64,000 bases of DNA, taken from NCBI GenBank assembly GCA_947503965.1, contig CANNFU010000004.1, positions 364,654 to 428,653 of the forward strand. Reading direction: 5' to 3'. Below, piece after piece: positions 1-9,805 of the stretch. The translations under genes were made by a program, and so were the position numbers. Position 1 is the first letter of the stretch. Each line of letters begins with the position of its first letter. The notes beneath the pieces were generated by a model. The model was not told the origin of the DNA. It worked only from the letters and a program-made list of their open reading frames with translations, and made no database searches. Source of the stretch: an uncultured Rhodobacteraceae bacterium (lineage in GTDB: Bacteria > Pseudomonadota > Alphaproteobacteria > Rhodobacterales > Rhodobacteraceae).

Positions 1-1663
1 ACATCTTGGGAACCTTGTGGGCAGCCAATTGCCTGCCGACCTCTATGCCCGCTATCTGCGCCAACGCGGGCATGAAGTGTTATTTCTGTGTGCGACCGAT
101 GAACACGGCACGCCCGCAGAACTGGCGGCGGCCAAGGCGGGCAAGCCTGTGGCGGAATACTGTGCCGAGATGCATCAGGTGCAATCTGACATCGCCGATG
201 GCTTTCGGTTGTCGTTTGACCATTTTGGCCGGTCGTCCAGCCCGCAAAACCATAAACTGACCCAAGCCTTTGCCCAGCGGCTGGCCGAGGTCGGGTTGAT
301 CAAGGAGGTGACCGAAGAACAGGTCTATTCTGTTGCCGATGGCCGGTTCCTGCCGGATCGCTATATCGAAGGCACCTGCCCCAATTGCGGGTTTGAAAGC
401 GCGCGGGGGGATCAGTGTGACAACTGCACAAAACAGCTGGACCCGACCGATCTGATCAATCCGCACTCGACAATTTCCGGCGCGACCGAACTGGAAGTGC
501 GCAAGACCAAGCATCTTTATCTGCGCCAATCGGAATTGAAGGACGATCTGGCCGCGTGGATCGACAGCAAGAAAGACTGGCCGATCCTGACCACCTCCAT
601 CGCCAAGAAATGGCTGAACGACGGCGACGGCTTGCAGGATCGCGGGATCACCCGTGATCTTGATTGGGGTATTCCCGTAAAGCAAGGCGACCAGACCTGG
701 CCGGGGATGGAAGGAAAGGTGTTCTATGTCTGGTTCGACGCCCCCATCGAATATATCGCCTGCGCACAGGAGTGGGAGGACGCGGGCAAAGGAACCGATT
801 GGGAACGCTGGTGGCGGACCGACAAAGGGGCCGATGACGTGACCTATACCCAGTTCATGGGCAAGGATAACGTGCCCTTCCACACCCTGTCGTTCCCCGC
901 CACCATTCTGGGCAGTCAGGAACCATGGAAACTGGTCGATTACATCAAGTCGTTCAACTACCTCAACTATGATGGCGGCCAGTTCAGCACCTCGCGCGGG
1001 CGCGGCGTGTTCATGGATCAGGCACTTGAGATTTTGCCCGCAGACTATTGGCGCTGGTGGCTTTTGTCGCATGCGCCTGAGTCCTCGGACGCGGAGTTCA
1101 CGTGGGAAAACTTCCAGACCGACGTCAACAAGGACCTCGCCGACGTGTTGGGGAACTTTGTGAGCCGGATTACTAAGTTTTGCCGGTCGAAGTTCGGCGA
1201 GGCTGTTCCAGAGGGTGGTACCTATGGCCCAGCTGAAGAGCAGTTGATTGCGGATCTGACGAAACGCATACGCGCCTATGAAGGCCATATGGACGCCATC
1301 GAGGTGCGCAAGGCCGCAGCCGAGCTGCGTGCGATCTGGGTGCTGGGGAACGAATATCTGCAAGCCAATGCGCCTTGGACCACCTTCAAGACCGATCCGG
1401 AAACGGCGGCAATGCAGGTGCGCCTTGCCCTGAACCTGATCCGGATTTACGCGGTGCTGTCGGCAGCCTTTATCCCGGACGCATCCGCCACGATGATCGC
1501 GGCAGTGCAGACAGAGGATGACAGCTGGCCTACGGATGTGGCGAAGGCGGTGCAGGCGCTGCCGGCCGGGCATGTCTTTACCGTGCCTGAAAACCTGTTC
1601 CGCAAGATCACCGATGAAGAGCGGGAAGACTGGGCCGGGCGCTTTGCCGGCACACGTGATTGA
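1..1663 (+). CDS. metG: methionyl-tRNA synthetase, 5'-truncated at window edge
   Basis: ORF 17..1663 translation has class I aaRS features, a Zn-knuckle CPNCG...CDNC and the anticodon-binding region typical of MetRS. The frame is open to position 1, so the N-terminus lies upstream of the window. Confidence 0.9.
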   Translation, partial: HLGNLVGSQLPADLYARYLRQRGHEVLFLCATDEHGTPAELAAAKAGKPVAEYCAEMHQVQSDIADGFRLSFDHFGRSSSPQNHKLTQAFAQRLAEVGLIKEVTEEQVYSVADGRFLPDRYIEGTCPNCGFESARGDQCDNCTKQLDPTDLINPHSTISGATELEVRKTKHLYLRQSELKDDLAAWIDSKKDWPILTTSIAKKWLNDGDGLQDRGITRDLDWGIPVKQGDQTWPGMEGKVFYVWFDAPIEYIACAQEWEDAGKGTDWERWWRTDKGADDVTYTQFMGKDNVPFHTLSFPATILGSQEPWKLVDYIKSFNYLNYDGGQFSTSRGRGVFMDQALEILPADYWRWWLLSHAPESSDAEFTWENFQTDVNKDLADVLGNFVSRITKFCRSKFGEAVPEGGTYGPAEEQLIADLTKRIRAYEGHMDAIEVRKAAAELRAIWVLGNEYLQANAPWTTFKTDPETAAMQVRLALNLIRIYAVLSAAFIPDASATMIAAVQTEDDSWPTDVAKAVQALPAGHVFTVPENLFRKITDEEREDWAGRFAGTRD

Positions 1664-1742
1664 GGAATTAATCATTCATTAAGCATGGTGGCGTCTTATC
1701 CAGTCCAACGGGTCGCATTCCGAAGCCCGGCAGGAGGACACG

Positions 1743-1901
1743 ATGCCCGACCCCATGAACAAGCAGCACGACGACACCGAAACGGATCGCGACCTACGCC
1801 GCTATTATCAACGCATTGTGGATCAGGCCGTTCCTGCGCGCTTTAAAGCCTTGTTTGATCGGTTGCGCGAAGATGAAAAAGAGCTGGAGCACGAAGGTTG
1901 A
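1743..1901 (+). CDS. nepR: NepR-family anti-sigma factor (general stress response), 52 aa
   Basis: Small ORF absent from the >=60-aa track, ATG at 1743 and TGA at 1899-1901. The peptide MPDPMNKQHDDTETDRDLRRYYQRIVDQAVPARFKALFDRLREDEKELEHEG matches the NepR core (LRxxYxxVvdEPVPdxFxxLLxrL). It lies immediately upstream of, and overlaps the start of, an EcfG-type sigma factor. Confidence 0.7.
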   Translation: MPDPMNKQHDDTETDRDLRRYYQRIVDQAVPARFKALFDRLREDEKELEHEG

Positions 1902-2410
1902 GGTCAGCGCAGCGCGCCTCGGACCCTCGCGAAGATATCATAGACCACCTGCCCCAAATGCGCGCCTTTGCGCGCAGCTTGACCCGTGACCGGGTGTCGG
2001 CTGACGATCTTGTGCAAGATACTGTCGTGAACGCGTGGAAAGGTTTTCATAACTTTACGCTGGGGACAAATCTGCGGGCCTGGTTGTTCACCATCCTACG
2101 CAACACGCATTATGCGAACCTGCGCAAAACCAGACGAACGCATCTTGTCTCGGTTGAACCTCTGGCCGGGGAAATGGTCGGACAGCAGGGCAGTGATGCC
2201 TATCTTGCCATGATCGATTTTGAACGCGCCTTAGGAATGTTGCCCACCGAACAGCGCGAGGCGGTTGTTTTGGTCGGGGCGGGTGGTTTGTCTTATCAGG
2301 ACGCCGCGGACGCCTGTGGCGTGTCGATCGGTACGATCAAAAGCAGGGTCAACCGTGGCCGCACACGCCTTGCAGAACTTTTGGGTCGAAAGGGCCCGCA
2401 AATGCTTTAG
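1898..2410 (+). CDS. ecfG: ECF sigma factor, EcfG-like (sigma-70 regions 2 and 4)
   Basis: 170 aa with a sigma-70 r2 motif (DDLVQDTVVNAWKGFHNF..NLRAWLFTILRN) and an r4 HTH (LSYQDAADACGVSIGTIKSRVNRGR). It has a TTG start overlapping the nepR stop. Confidence 0.8.
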   Translation: MRSAQRASDPREDIIDHLPQMRAFARSLTRDRVSADDLVQDTVVNAWKGFHNFTLGTNLRAWLFTILRNTHYANLRKTRRTHLVSVEPLAGEMVGQQGSDAYLAMIDFERALGMLPTEQREAVVLVGAGGLSYQDAADACGVSIGTIKSRVNRGRTRLAELLGRKGPQML

Positions 2411-2442
2411 GATGCGCCAAAGCGATAAGCTGGAAGACGACT

Positions 2443-3051
2443 TTGGCAAAGCAACCACTGAAAGATGCACCGCAAATTGATGTGACGAGTGTCGCCATGC
2501 TGCGCGACTGGCTTGCAAAAAATCACACGCAAGCGACAGGTGTCTGGCTCGTTCTGATGAAAAAGGCGGCACCTGCGGGGTATGTGCCGCTCAGCGATAT
2601 CGTCGACACGTGTCTTTGCTTCGGCTGGGTCGATAGCCTGCCGCGCGCCAAGGACGATTTGCGCACGATGCTCTACGTCAGCCCGCGCAAACCGGGTTCA
2701 AACTGGAGCCGCGTGAACAAGGAAAAGGTCGCGCGGTTGCAGGCGGCCGGGCTGATGCACCCAGCGGGCCAGTCGGTCGTGGATCGGTCCAAAGCGGACG
2801 GATCATGGACAGCACTGGATGATGTTGAAAACCTTGTTATTCCGGCCGATTTGCAAACAGCGTTTGATGCATGTCCCGGTGCGCAGGACCAATGGGATGC
2901 TTTTCCCAGATCCGTCAAACGTGGTGCGCTTGAGATTTTATTGAATGCAAAACGCGCAGCGACACGCGCGGCCAAGATAGAACAGATCGTGGCCGATAGC
3001 GCAAAAAACCAAAGGCCCTTCCAATGGAAGGGCCCCGGTCAAAAGTCATAA
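2443..3051 (+). CDS. YdeI/OmpD-associated family protein (uncharacterized)
   Basis: 202 aa with ATG at 2443. It resembles the YdeI/OmdA bacteriocin-protection family (VWLVLMKK...GWVDS...). Confidence 0.55.
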   Translation: MAKQPLKDAPQIDVTSVAMLRDWLAKNHTQATGVWLVLMKKAAPAGYVPLSDIVDTCLCFGWVDSLPRAKDDLRTMLYVSPRKPGSNWSRVNKEKVARLQAAGLMHPAGQSVVDRSKADGSWTALDDVENLVIPADLQTAFDACPGAQDQWDAFPRSVKRGALEILLNAKRAATRAAKIEQIVADSAKNQRPFQWKGPGQKS

Positions 3052-3065
3052 GCTGATATACTTGA

Positions 3066-4220
3066 TCAGACCTCTGCGAACAGATCCTCTGCCCCGCGTT
3101 TGGCCAGATATTCGGCCTGGCTGATTGGTCCGGCGGAGCCGACCAACGCGCGATAGGCATCATAGCTTTCAAAGATGCGGCGACCCATATCGTCATCCTC
3201 GGCCACGCTGGCCGCCACGTCGAATGACACACGCGACAGTTCGTTCCAGACATCATCCGGCAGACGCGTCGGCTTCACACCGGATTCCGTCAAAAGCTGC
3301 ACCAGTGCGATCCCGTTATTGCCATAATAGTCGGCAGTGTGGGCGGTCAGTTCCGCCTCGGTCACGCTTTCAATCACAGCCCGGTCCACATCAGACAGGT
3401 TGTTCCAGAAATCGAGGTTCATACCAACAGCGGCCATCGTGCCGGGCTCGTGGAAGCCGGGATAGATATAGGTCGACAGCAGCTTCTGGAAGCCAAATTG
3501 CAGGTCGTTATAGGGTCCAACCCACTCGGTCGCGTCAATGGTGCCTTCGAAAAGCGCCTCAACAATGCCACCGCCGGGCAGCACAACCGCATTGGCACCC
3601 ATCCGTGCGATCACCTGACCGCCAAGGCCGGGCATCCGCATGGTCAAGCCTTCGAAATCGTCCTTGCTGGTGATTTCCTTGTTGAACCAGCCACCCATCT
3701 GAACGCCAGTGCCACCGACGGCCAGCGATTTGACGCCATATCCCGCGTTCAGCTCGTCCCACAGCGCTTGCCCACCGCCATATTTGACCCAGGCGGCCTG
3801 TTCGACCGAGGTCAGGCCCAGCGGCACAGTGGTGAAGAAATTGAAACCACGGTGCTTGCCTTGGAAGTAATACTCAGCCGAGTGATACATCTCGATCTCG
3901 CCCGCGCTGGCGGCATCGTGCACGCCTAGCGCCGGAACCAGCGAACCGGCCCAGTAGATTTCGACATTCAGGCGGCCATTGCTGGCAGTATTGATACCTT
4001 CGGCCACGCGCGCTGCACTATCGGCCAGACCACCCAGACCCGCAGGCCAGGATGTTGCCATGCGGATCGTCTGGGGCGCCCCTTGCGCGATGGCTGGGCT
4101 GGCCAGTACCGCAGCACCGGTCAGCGCCGCACCACCGCCCAAAAGGGCACGACGGCGCGACATGGGTTGGGATTTCGATTGCGTATCGGCCATCGGTGTC
4201 TCTTTCAAATCATATGTCAT
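3066..4220 (-). CDS. TRAP transporter substrate-binding protein, DctP/COG4663-type, Tat signal
   Basis: 384 aa with a twin-arginine signal SRRRALLGGGAALTGAAVLASPAIAQG. The mature domain is DctP-like periplasmic binding protein. Confidence 0.75.
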   Translation of the reverse strand: MTYDLKETPMADTQSKSQPMSRRRALLGGGAALTGAAVLASPAIAQGAPQTIRMATSWPAGLGGLADSAARVAEGINTASNGRLNVEIYWAGSLVPALGVHDAASAGEIEMYHSAEYYFQGKHRGFNFFTTVPLGLTSVEQAAWVKYGGGQALWDELNAGYGVKSLAVGGTGVQMGGWFNKEITSKDDFEGLTMRMPGLGGQVIARMGANAVVLPGGGIVEALFEGTIDATEWVGPYNDLQFGFQKLLSTYIYPGFHEPGTMAAVGMNLDFWNNLSDVDRAVIESVTEAELTAHTADYYGNNGIALVQLLTESGVKPTRLPDDVWNELSRVSFDVAASVAEDDDMGRRIFESYDAYRALVGSAGPISQAEYLAKRGAEDLFAEV

Positions 4221-5314
4221 TGGCTCAGCGCCCCCTTACGGCCGAGGAAGAACGCGGTTTCGCCAATCTCGCTCCAACCGGCGACATCGCCGATGAAGTA
4301 AAGATAGGCGTCACCTACATCGGCACCCAGATCACCGGATTCGATGATTTCCAGCATGGTTGCGTTGGATGCGGTGATCTGCGCGTTCCAGATGTCCTGT
4401 GGCATCTCATGCGATGTCACGGCATTGCCTGCAGCCTGTAATGCGGTTGCACTGTCGTGCATCGCTTTGGCCCGGTTCAGGCCATGCTCTGCCATGATGC
4501 AGCGGTCTAACAGCAACTGGTCGGTCTCGGACAGGGCGTCCCATGTGCCAAGGTTAAAGCCCACCGACAGCGCCGATGCAGGGCGACCAGCATTTGGTGT
4601 AGTCATATGCGGGAACGTGCCCAGCAAACCAGCCGCGGCCATCTGTGCGACGTTCAAGCCTTCGAATGCATCCAAGCTAGCCACATCAACACCGCTGATA
4701 CGGATATCGCTGACATCAGACGCGCCCATGGCACGCATCACATTGACACCCAGACCGACAGAGCCGACCTTGCTGCCGGTCAGATCTCCAGCACCCGAAA
4801 GAGGCGCTTTGGACCAGATCGGCATGGGGCCATCATCGCCTGCCATAAAGGATTTGATGCCGTATTCCTCGCCAAGAATATCCCACATGAACCGGCCATC
4901 AGCGACCAGCACCCATGATTCCAGCTCGCTTGGGCTCATCCCGCCGGGCATGGACGAAAAGATGCCAAAAGCGGCGTTGGTGTCGACAAAGGCCTCTTCT
5001 GCGGACAGATACATATCTGCCCCACCCGATGAGACCGTGGATAGAAAACCTGCCGCGTCGGATGCGGGGGCTGTCTGTACAGTGATCTGGATGGTGCCGC
5101 CGGATGTGCGGGCAACACGATCCGCCAGCGCCTGTGCTGCGGCTGGTCGGTCGGTCACCAGGGTCAGTGCCACGGCGCTTTGCGCGTGGGCTGTTGTCCC
5201 TGCAACCGCCATGACACCCAAACCGGTGCCAAGTAACGTTCTGCGTTTCATATCAAGTGTTCCTTCACTTGCGGTCCTGTGCGTGGCGCATCCATCACAC
5301 GGGACCCAATTCAA
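4217..5314 (-). CDS. TRAP transporter substrate-binding protein paralog (likely start MKRRTLLG at 5251)
   Basis: It is homologous in architecture to the upstream SBP and carries a signal peptide MKRRTLLGTGLGVMAVAGTTAHAQS. There is a 4-bp overlap with the neighbouring SBP gene. No dctQ/dctM is nearby. Confidence 0.7.
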   Translation of the reverse strand: MNWVPCDGCATHRTASEGTLDMKRRTLLGTGLGVMAVAGTTAHAQSAVALTLVTDRPAAAQALADRVARTSGGTIQITVQTAPASDAAGFLSTVSSGGADMYLSAEEAFVDTNAAFGIFSSMPGGMSPSELESWVLVADGRFMWDILGEEYGIKSFMAGDDGPMPIWSKAPLSGAGDLTGSKVGSVGLGVNVMRAMGASDVSDIRISGVDVASLDAFEGLNVAQMAAAGLLGTFPHMTTPNAGRPASALSVGFNLGTWDALSETDQLLLDRCIMAEHGLNRAKAMHDSATALQAAGNAVTSHEMPQDIWNAQITASNATMLEIIESGDLGADVGDAYLYFIGDVAGWSEIGETAFFLGRKGALSQ

Positions 5315-5340
5315 TTTCGTGACGCTTGTTTGCCAGCAGC

Positions 5341-6900
5341 TTAACGCAGCCAGATTTCAACGCGGCGATTGCTTTCGCGACCATCTGCAGTCTCGTTACA
5401 ACCCACAGGTGCAAGAGGTCCATAAGATGATACCGATATACGGCCCGCAAGCACGTCACCGCCGATCGCAGCGACAAGCGCATCGCGCAAGGATGTGGCG
5501 CGCAACAATGCCAGACGTTCATTCAGGTCAAAACGCCCCACATCATCTGTAAAGCCGATGATCAGAACCTCGCGGTTACGCGCCTCTGCGCTGTTGAGGA
5601 AGTCAACCATACGCTGAACGTCTTCCAGCGATTTGTTGTCCAACCGGGCCGAACCAGAGGTAAAGCGGAAGGTCGTCGACAAACGGTCCGCAGTTGCCAG
5701 ATCGCGCGAGAAGTTCTGCACCAGACCCAGCGTGGCACCGGTGCTGGCCGACAGGATGGCAGACGTCATCCGCGTACCCTGCAAGCTGATCGGCTCGCTC
5801 ACAACGACCTGATCCACATATCCTGCATTGGCAATCAGCGGCTGCGCCTCTGGTGAAGTCAGGAATTCAATGAAATCGTTCCCGGTGGAGGACTGCACCG
5901 CATCACCGGTATATGCAAACACACGACGGCTGAGCGGGTATTCCTCTGCCTTGATTGCAAAGTCAGTTGCGTAGGCCAGCGGACCGCATGTCTGACGGAT
6001 CGGCAGAACCTCACCCTGATTGGCTTCGGACAGGCTTGTCACAGTGATTGCGGCTTCGTTCGCAGCCACTGCGGCAGCTGCCGCGGCTTCGCTTTCGGCG
6101 CGTTCGGCACTGCGGCGCAGACGCACACGGTTGGGGTCAAGCACCAGTTCAGTAAAGGCCTGATCCAAGGAAGAGCCTTCCGCGGGCAACAGCATCTGGA
6201 TTGGCAGGTTGTCACCGCCCAGTTCGGACCAGTTTCTGATGCGGCCCGACGCGATCAGCGCCAGTTCTTCCAATGACACAGAACGTACGGGATTGTTGGG
6301 ATGCACCAGCGGTACGATCGCGTCCAGCGCGATAATGCGTTCACGGCTCAGATCACGCAGGTCGGTACCACCAGCGGCAACGACGCCTTCGGCGACAGCG
6401 GCAGGGACCGGAACCTTGGTGATGGCCATGTCGACCTGGTTCGTCACCAGTTGCGAAAACGCAGCGTCGGTCGGTGCCAATGTCACATCAACTTTGCCGG
6501 CATTCGTATTTGTCTGGAAATTCTGCAAATCGATACGGGCAACCACACCATTGGCACCCGGTGCCGACAGACCTGTCAGGTCCCGCGAGGTCGCAAACCC
6601 GTTCACCATCGCCTGCAACAGACTAGCGGTCTTCGGTTCATTGACAGCGACCGCCAGCTCAAGATTTGTGGTCAGTTGCGGGCAGGCCGCACCACTGCAA
6701 TCTGTTGCCGAACGCGACAGGCGCAATTGCCCGATATCGGTATCCAGCACGAAAACCTCATCATCGAATGACACGAGTTCACCGGTAATCGAGACTGCGT
6801 TGTCTTTACTTGAGATTGTAACCTGGTCCGCAAATGTTGCCAGCGGTGTCGCGGCAAAACAGGCAGCCAAGGTCATTTTTTGTCGAAGTGTCTTCATCAA
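5341..6900 (-). CDS. phosphate-binding (PstS-like PBP) domain fused to a C-terminal OmpA-like peptidoglycan-binding domain
   Basis: 519 aa. The N-terminal signal peptide is followed by a PBP-like domain, and the C-terminus carries the OmpA_C signature (TDDVGRFDLNERLALLRATSLRDALV....NRRVEIWL). Confidence 0.7.
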   Translation of the reverse strand: MMKTLRQKMTLAACFAATPLATFADQVTISSKDNAVSITGELVSFDDEVFVLDTDIGQLRLSRSATDCSGAACPQLTTNLELAVAVNEPKTASLLQAMVNGFATSRDLTGLSAPGANGVVARIDLQNFQTNTNAGKVDVTLAPTDAAFSQLVTNQVDMAITKVPVPAAVAEGVVAAGGTDLRDLSRERIIALDAIVPLVHPNNPVRSVSLEELALIASGRIRNWSELGGDNLPIQMLLPAEGSSLDQAFTELVLDPNRVRLRRSAERAESEAAAAAAVAANEAAITVTSLSEANQGEVLPIRQTCGPLAYATDFAIKAEEYPLSRRVFAYTGDAVQSSTGNDFIEFLTSPEAQPLIANAGYVDQVVVSEPISLQGTRMTSAILSASTGATLGLVQNFSRDLATADRLSTTFRFTSGSARLDNKSLEDVQRMVDFLNSAEARNREVLIIGFTDDVGRFDLNERLALLRATSLRDALVAAIGGDVLAGRISVSSYGPLAPVGCNETADGRESNRRVEIWLR

Positions 6901-7219
6901 TCATAACCCTAATAATGATTTTCGGTGCCCTTCCCCAGGACGGCCGATTGCATGATAGGGTGGCTAAGCCTCTAATTTGGCGAAAAGATGATCCAATTGC
7001 GGTTATCGCAATGATTGTTTCCAAATTTGGGCGATTCGGACTTGTGCGTAAAAAATAGACATCACGATGCCTCACACTCGCTTTGGCCTATTCATTTACG
7101 GCCATTTCGTGGCTTTTTGACGCGACGTGCAGAAACGGACTTTAGACGGCAGGGCAGCGATATGTTGACCCTTGTCGCGGCCTCCGCCAAACCTGCATCA
7201 AATGCCAAGGAGACGACAG

Positions 7220-7963
7220 ATGATCATCGGACATATCGGTGCACGGGCAGGCAGCAAGGGTGTGCCGAACAAGAATTTTCGCATGCTCCATGGCAAACAT
7301 CTGATCGACTGGTCACTGGACCAGCTATTTGCCTGCGACCGGGTGGATCATGTTGTCGTCTCAACCGATTCAGAAGAAATGTACGCCCATGCGATCAAGC
7401 GTGGCTGTCTTGATATAGGGCTGCGTCCGGCAGAGTTGGCAACCGATACGGCCGCCAAATGGCATGTCTGGCAACACGCCTTAGGCGAGGTGGAAAAGCA
7501 GACCGGCCCGGCTGACGCATTTCTGGACCTTGATTGCACGTCGCCCCTGCGGCTGCCGCAAGACATCGAGGCCGGGTTGGATCTTTTTGCCGCAAAGCAG
7601 CCCGATATGGTGATGTCGTGCTGCGAAAGCCGCAAGAACCCGTATTTCAACATGCTCGAAACGGATGCGGATGGCGGCCTGCACGTGTCAAAACCCCTGC
7701 CCCACGGTGTCGTTGCCCGCCAGCAGGCCCCAATGGTCTATGATCATGTGGGTTTGGTCTATGTGGTCAAACCGGACTACCTGCGCCAGGCGGCCAGCCT
7801 GTTTGAAGGTCATGTCATTCCGCTGGTCGTGCCAAATGAACGGGGGCTGGACGTGGACAGCCCGTTTGACTGGGATGTCATCGATTATCTTCTGGGCAAA
7901 CAGATTGCCGACGGCATCAGGCCACCGGCGGATCGACTACCACCAGCCCTGCCAAGGCTTTAG
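7220..7963 (+). CDS. acylneuraminate (nonulosonic acid) cytidylyltransferase, NeuA/CMP-sugar synthetase family
   Basis: It begins MIIGHIGARAGSKGVPNKN, typical of CMP-NeuAc/CMP-Kdo-type cytidylyltransferases. An AGGAGA RBS lies 6 nt before the ATG at 7220. The ORF track start at 7172 is probably spurious. Confidence 0.75.
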   Translation: MIIGHIGARAGSKGVPNKNFRMLHGKHLIDWSLDQLFACDRVDHVVVSTDSEEMYAHAIKRGCLDIGLRPAELATDTAAKWHVWQHALGEVEKQTGPADAFLDLDCTSPLRLPQDIEAGLDLFAAKQPDMVMSCCESRKNPYFNMLETDADGGLHVSKPLPHGVVARQQAPMVYDHVGLVYVVKPDYLRQAASLFEGHVIPLVVPNERGLDVDSPFDWDVIDYLLGKQIADGIRPPADRLPPALPRL

Positions 7964-8671
7964 CGCGGCCTGCTTGGCGGCAAAACTCGCCGTCAGCGTG
8001 TCAGGATTGTATTCCGTCTCGATCCAGTCATCGATCCGGATCGGGCTTTGCGCGTTACGCGCGGCATAGACATCCAGAAAGTGATCAAGGATCCCCGTCT
8101 TGGTCCGCCGGATATGTAGGTATCGAAAACTTAGCTGTTTTTGCGCCACCGCAAGCGGCGCATCTTCATACAGCATCAGATAAATCGCCGCCGCCAGCCC
8201 CGTGCGATCCGCACCGGATTTGCAGTGCAGCACAAAGGGGCGCTTGATCGTTTCAAACGCCGCCAAAAGATCCGTCAACTCGCGCACGCTGGGCGCACGC
8301 CGCGCGGCCATCTGGCTGTCGATCAGTGTCAGCCCAAGTTTTTGGCAGCTTTCAACCTCGAACAGATAATGCGGTTGCTTGGCGACACCGCGCAGGTTCA
8401 GCACAGTCTTGATCCCCATCGCTGCATACGCTTTGAACCGTTTGTGATTGGGATGGTTCGACCGATAGGCGCCCGGCGCGAATTCTTCGAAATTATGCCA
8501 GAAGGTGCGCAGGATTCCGTGATCCAGCCAGTTCAAATGCCAATACGACCGCCTGCGTTCGCGCGGATCGGTGATGTCATGCCCAAAGGAATGGCGCAGA
8601 TCACGCTCTCTTTTATCCAGATTTCGAAGTATTTTGCGGATCATTGACGGGCCAGAAAACAAGTGCACCAT
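7937..8671 (-). CDS. protein-tyrosine/dual-specificity phosphatase family protein
   Basis: It carries the CX5R P-loop HCKSGADRTG. The likely start is MIRKILRNL at 8644. Its 3' end overlaps the neuA-like gene convergently. Confidence 0.65.
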   Translation of the reverse strand: MVHLFSGPSMIRKILRNLDKRERDLRHSFGHDITDPRERRRSYWHLNWLDHGILRTFWHNFEEFAPGAYRSNHPNHKRFKAYAAMGIKTVLNLRGVAKQPHYLFEVESCQKLGLTLIDSQMAARRAPSVRELTDLLAAFETIKRPFVLHCKSGADRTGLAAAIYLMLYEDAPLAVAQKQLSFRYLHIRRTKTGILDHFLDVYAARNAQSPIRIDDWIETEYNPDTLTASFAAKQAALKPWQGWW

Positions 8672-8773
8672 TCACTTGGACCATGCAAAGCCGCATTGCA
8701 ATGGTTCGTGCAATTGCTCCGCCGCGTCAAACCCCATAGATAACGGGAAAGAGTTTGAACCAAGGAGCCGTCA

Positions 8774-9805
8774 ATGGACATCGCAGGCCGCAAAATCGGA
8801 CCCGACCATCCCCCGCTTGTCATCGCCGAAATCGGGATTAACCATGGCGGCGACCTTGCGGTTGCCAAAGAGATGGTGCGTCTTGCCGCCGGGGCCGGGT
8901 GCGAAATGATCAAGCATCAGACGCACATTTTAGAAGACGAAATGACCGACGAGGCCAAGCAGATTTTTCCACCCAATGCCGACGTGTCAATCTGGGATGT
9001 AATGGCTGCCTGTGCGTTATCGCTGGAGGATGAGGCAGAGCTGAAACGCTACACCGAAAGCCTTGGGATCATCTGGATCTCGACGCCGTTCAGCCGGGCC
9101 GCCGCGGATTTCCTGAACGATCTGGACGTGCCCGCCTTCAAGATCGGGTCAGGCGAGGCCGACAACCTGCCCCTGATCCGGCATATCGCGCGCATGGGCA
9201 AGCCGGTGCTCATGTCCACGGGCATGCAAAGTATCGAAACGATCCGCGCCTCTGTCGATATTCTTGACGCAGCAGGCATCGATTATGCCCTGCTGGAATG
9301 TACGAACCTTTACCCCTCGCCACCTGAAATCGTTTCACTGCAAGGCGTTACAGACTTGCGGAACGCCTTTCCAAATGCCGTTGTCGGCTTCTCGGATCAC
9401 TCCATTGGCCCAGACATGGCACTCGCCTCGGTCGCGCTGGGTGCGTGTATTCTGGAGCGGCACTATACCGACACACGCTACCGCAAGGGGCCGGACATCA
9501 TCAATTCCATGGACCCCGCCGAATTACGCCACATCATCGACCGCTCCCGCGAGATCCATACCGCCCTGCACAATCCCAAACAGCGGACCAGCGCCGAAGA
9601 GGATGTGTATCGCTTTGCCCGTGCATCAGTCGTGGCGGACAAGGATCTGCCGGAAGGCCACACAATCACCGAAGCCGATATCTGGGCCCGCCGCCCCGGA
9701 TCGGGCGAGATTGCAGGCTATGATTTCGACAAGGTCCTTGGCAAAACCCTGACCCGCGCCGTGACCCGCAACACCCAGCTGAGATGGGCTGATCTGAATG
9801 GCTGA
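8774..9805 (+). CDS. N-acetylneuraminate / nonulosonic acid synthase (NeuB/PseI/LegI family)
   Basis: 343 aa, NeuB-like along its length (PLVIAEIGINHGGDL..., a TIM-barrel region, and a C-terminal SAF/antifreeze-like domain). Confidence 0.8.
   Translation: MDIAGRKIGPDHPPLVIAEIGINHGGDLAVAKEMVRLAAGAGCEMIKHQTHILEDEMTDEAKQIFPPNADVSIWDVMAACALSLEDEAELKRYTESLGIIWISTPFSRAAADFLNDLDVPAFKIGSGEADNLPLIRHIARMGKPVLMSTGMQSIETIRASVDILDAAGIDYALLECTNLYPSPPEIVSLQGVTDLRNAFPNAVVGFSDHSIGPDMALASVALGACILERHYTDTRYRKGPDIINSMDPAELRHIIDRSREIHTALHNPKQRTSAEEDVYRFARASVVADKDLPEGHTITEADIWARRPGSGEIAGYDFDKVLGKTLTRAVTRNTQLRWADLNG

Noticed and set aside
80-1675. 531-aa ORF on the minus strand spanning the whole metG gene
   Set aside because: It is an antisense read-through typical of high-GC DNA. 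There is no RBS, and the translation is low-complexity Arg/Gly/Pro-rich, while metG on the plus strand is unambiguous.
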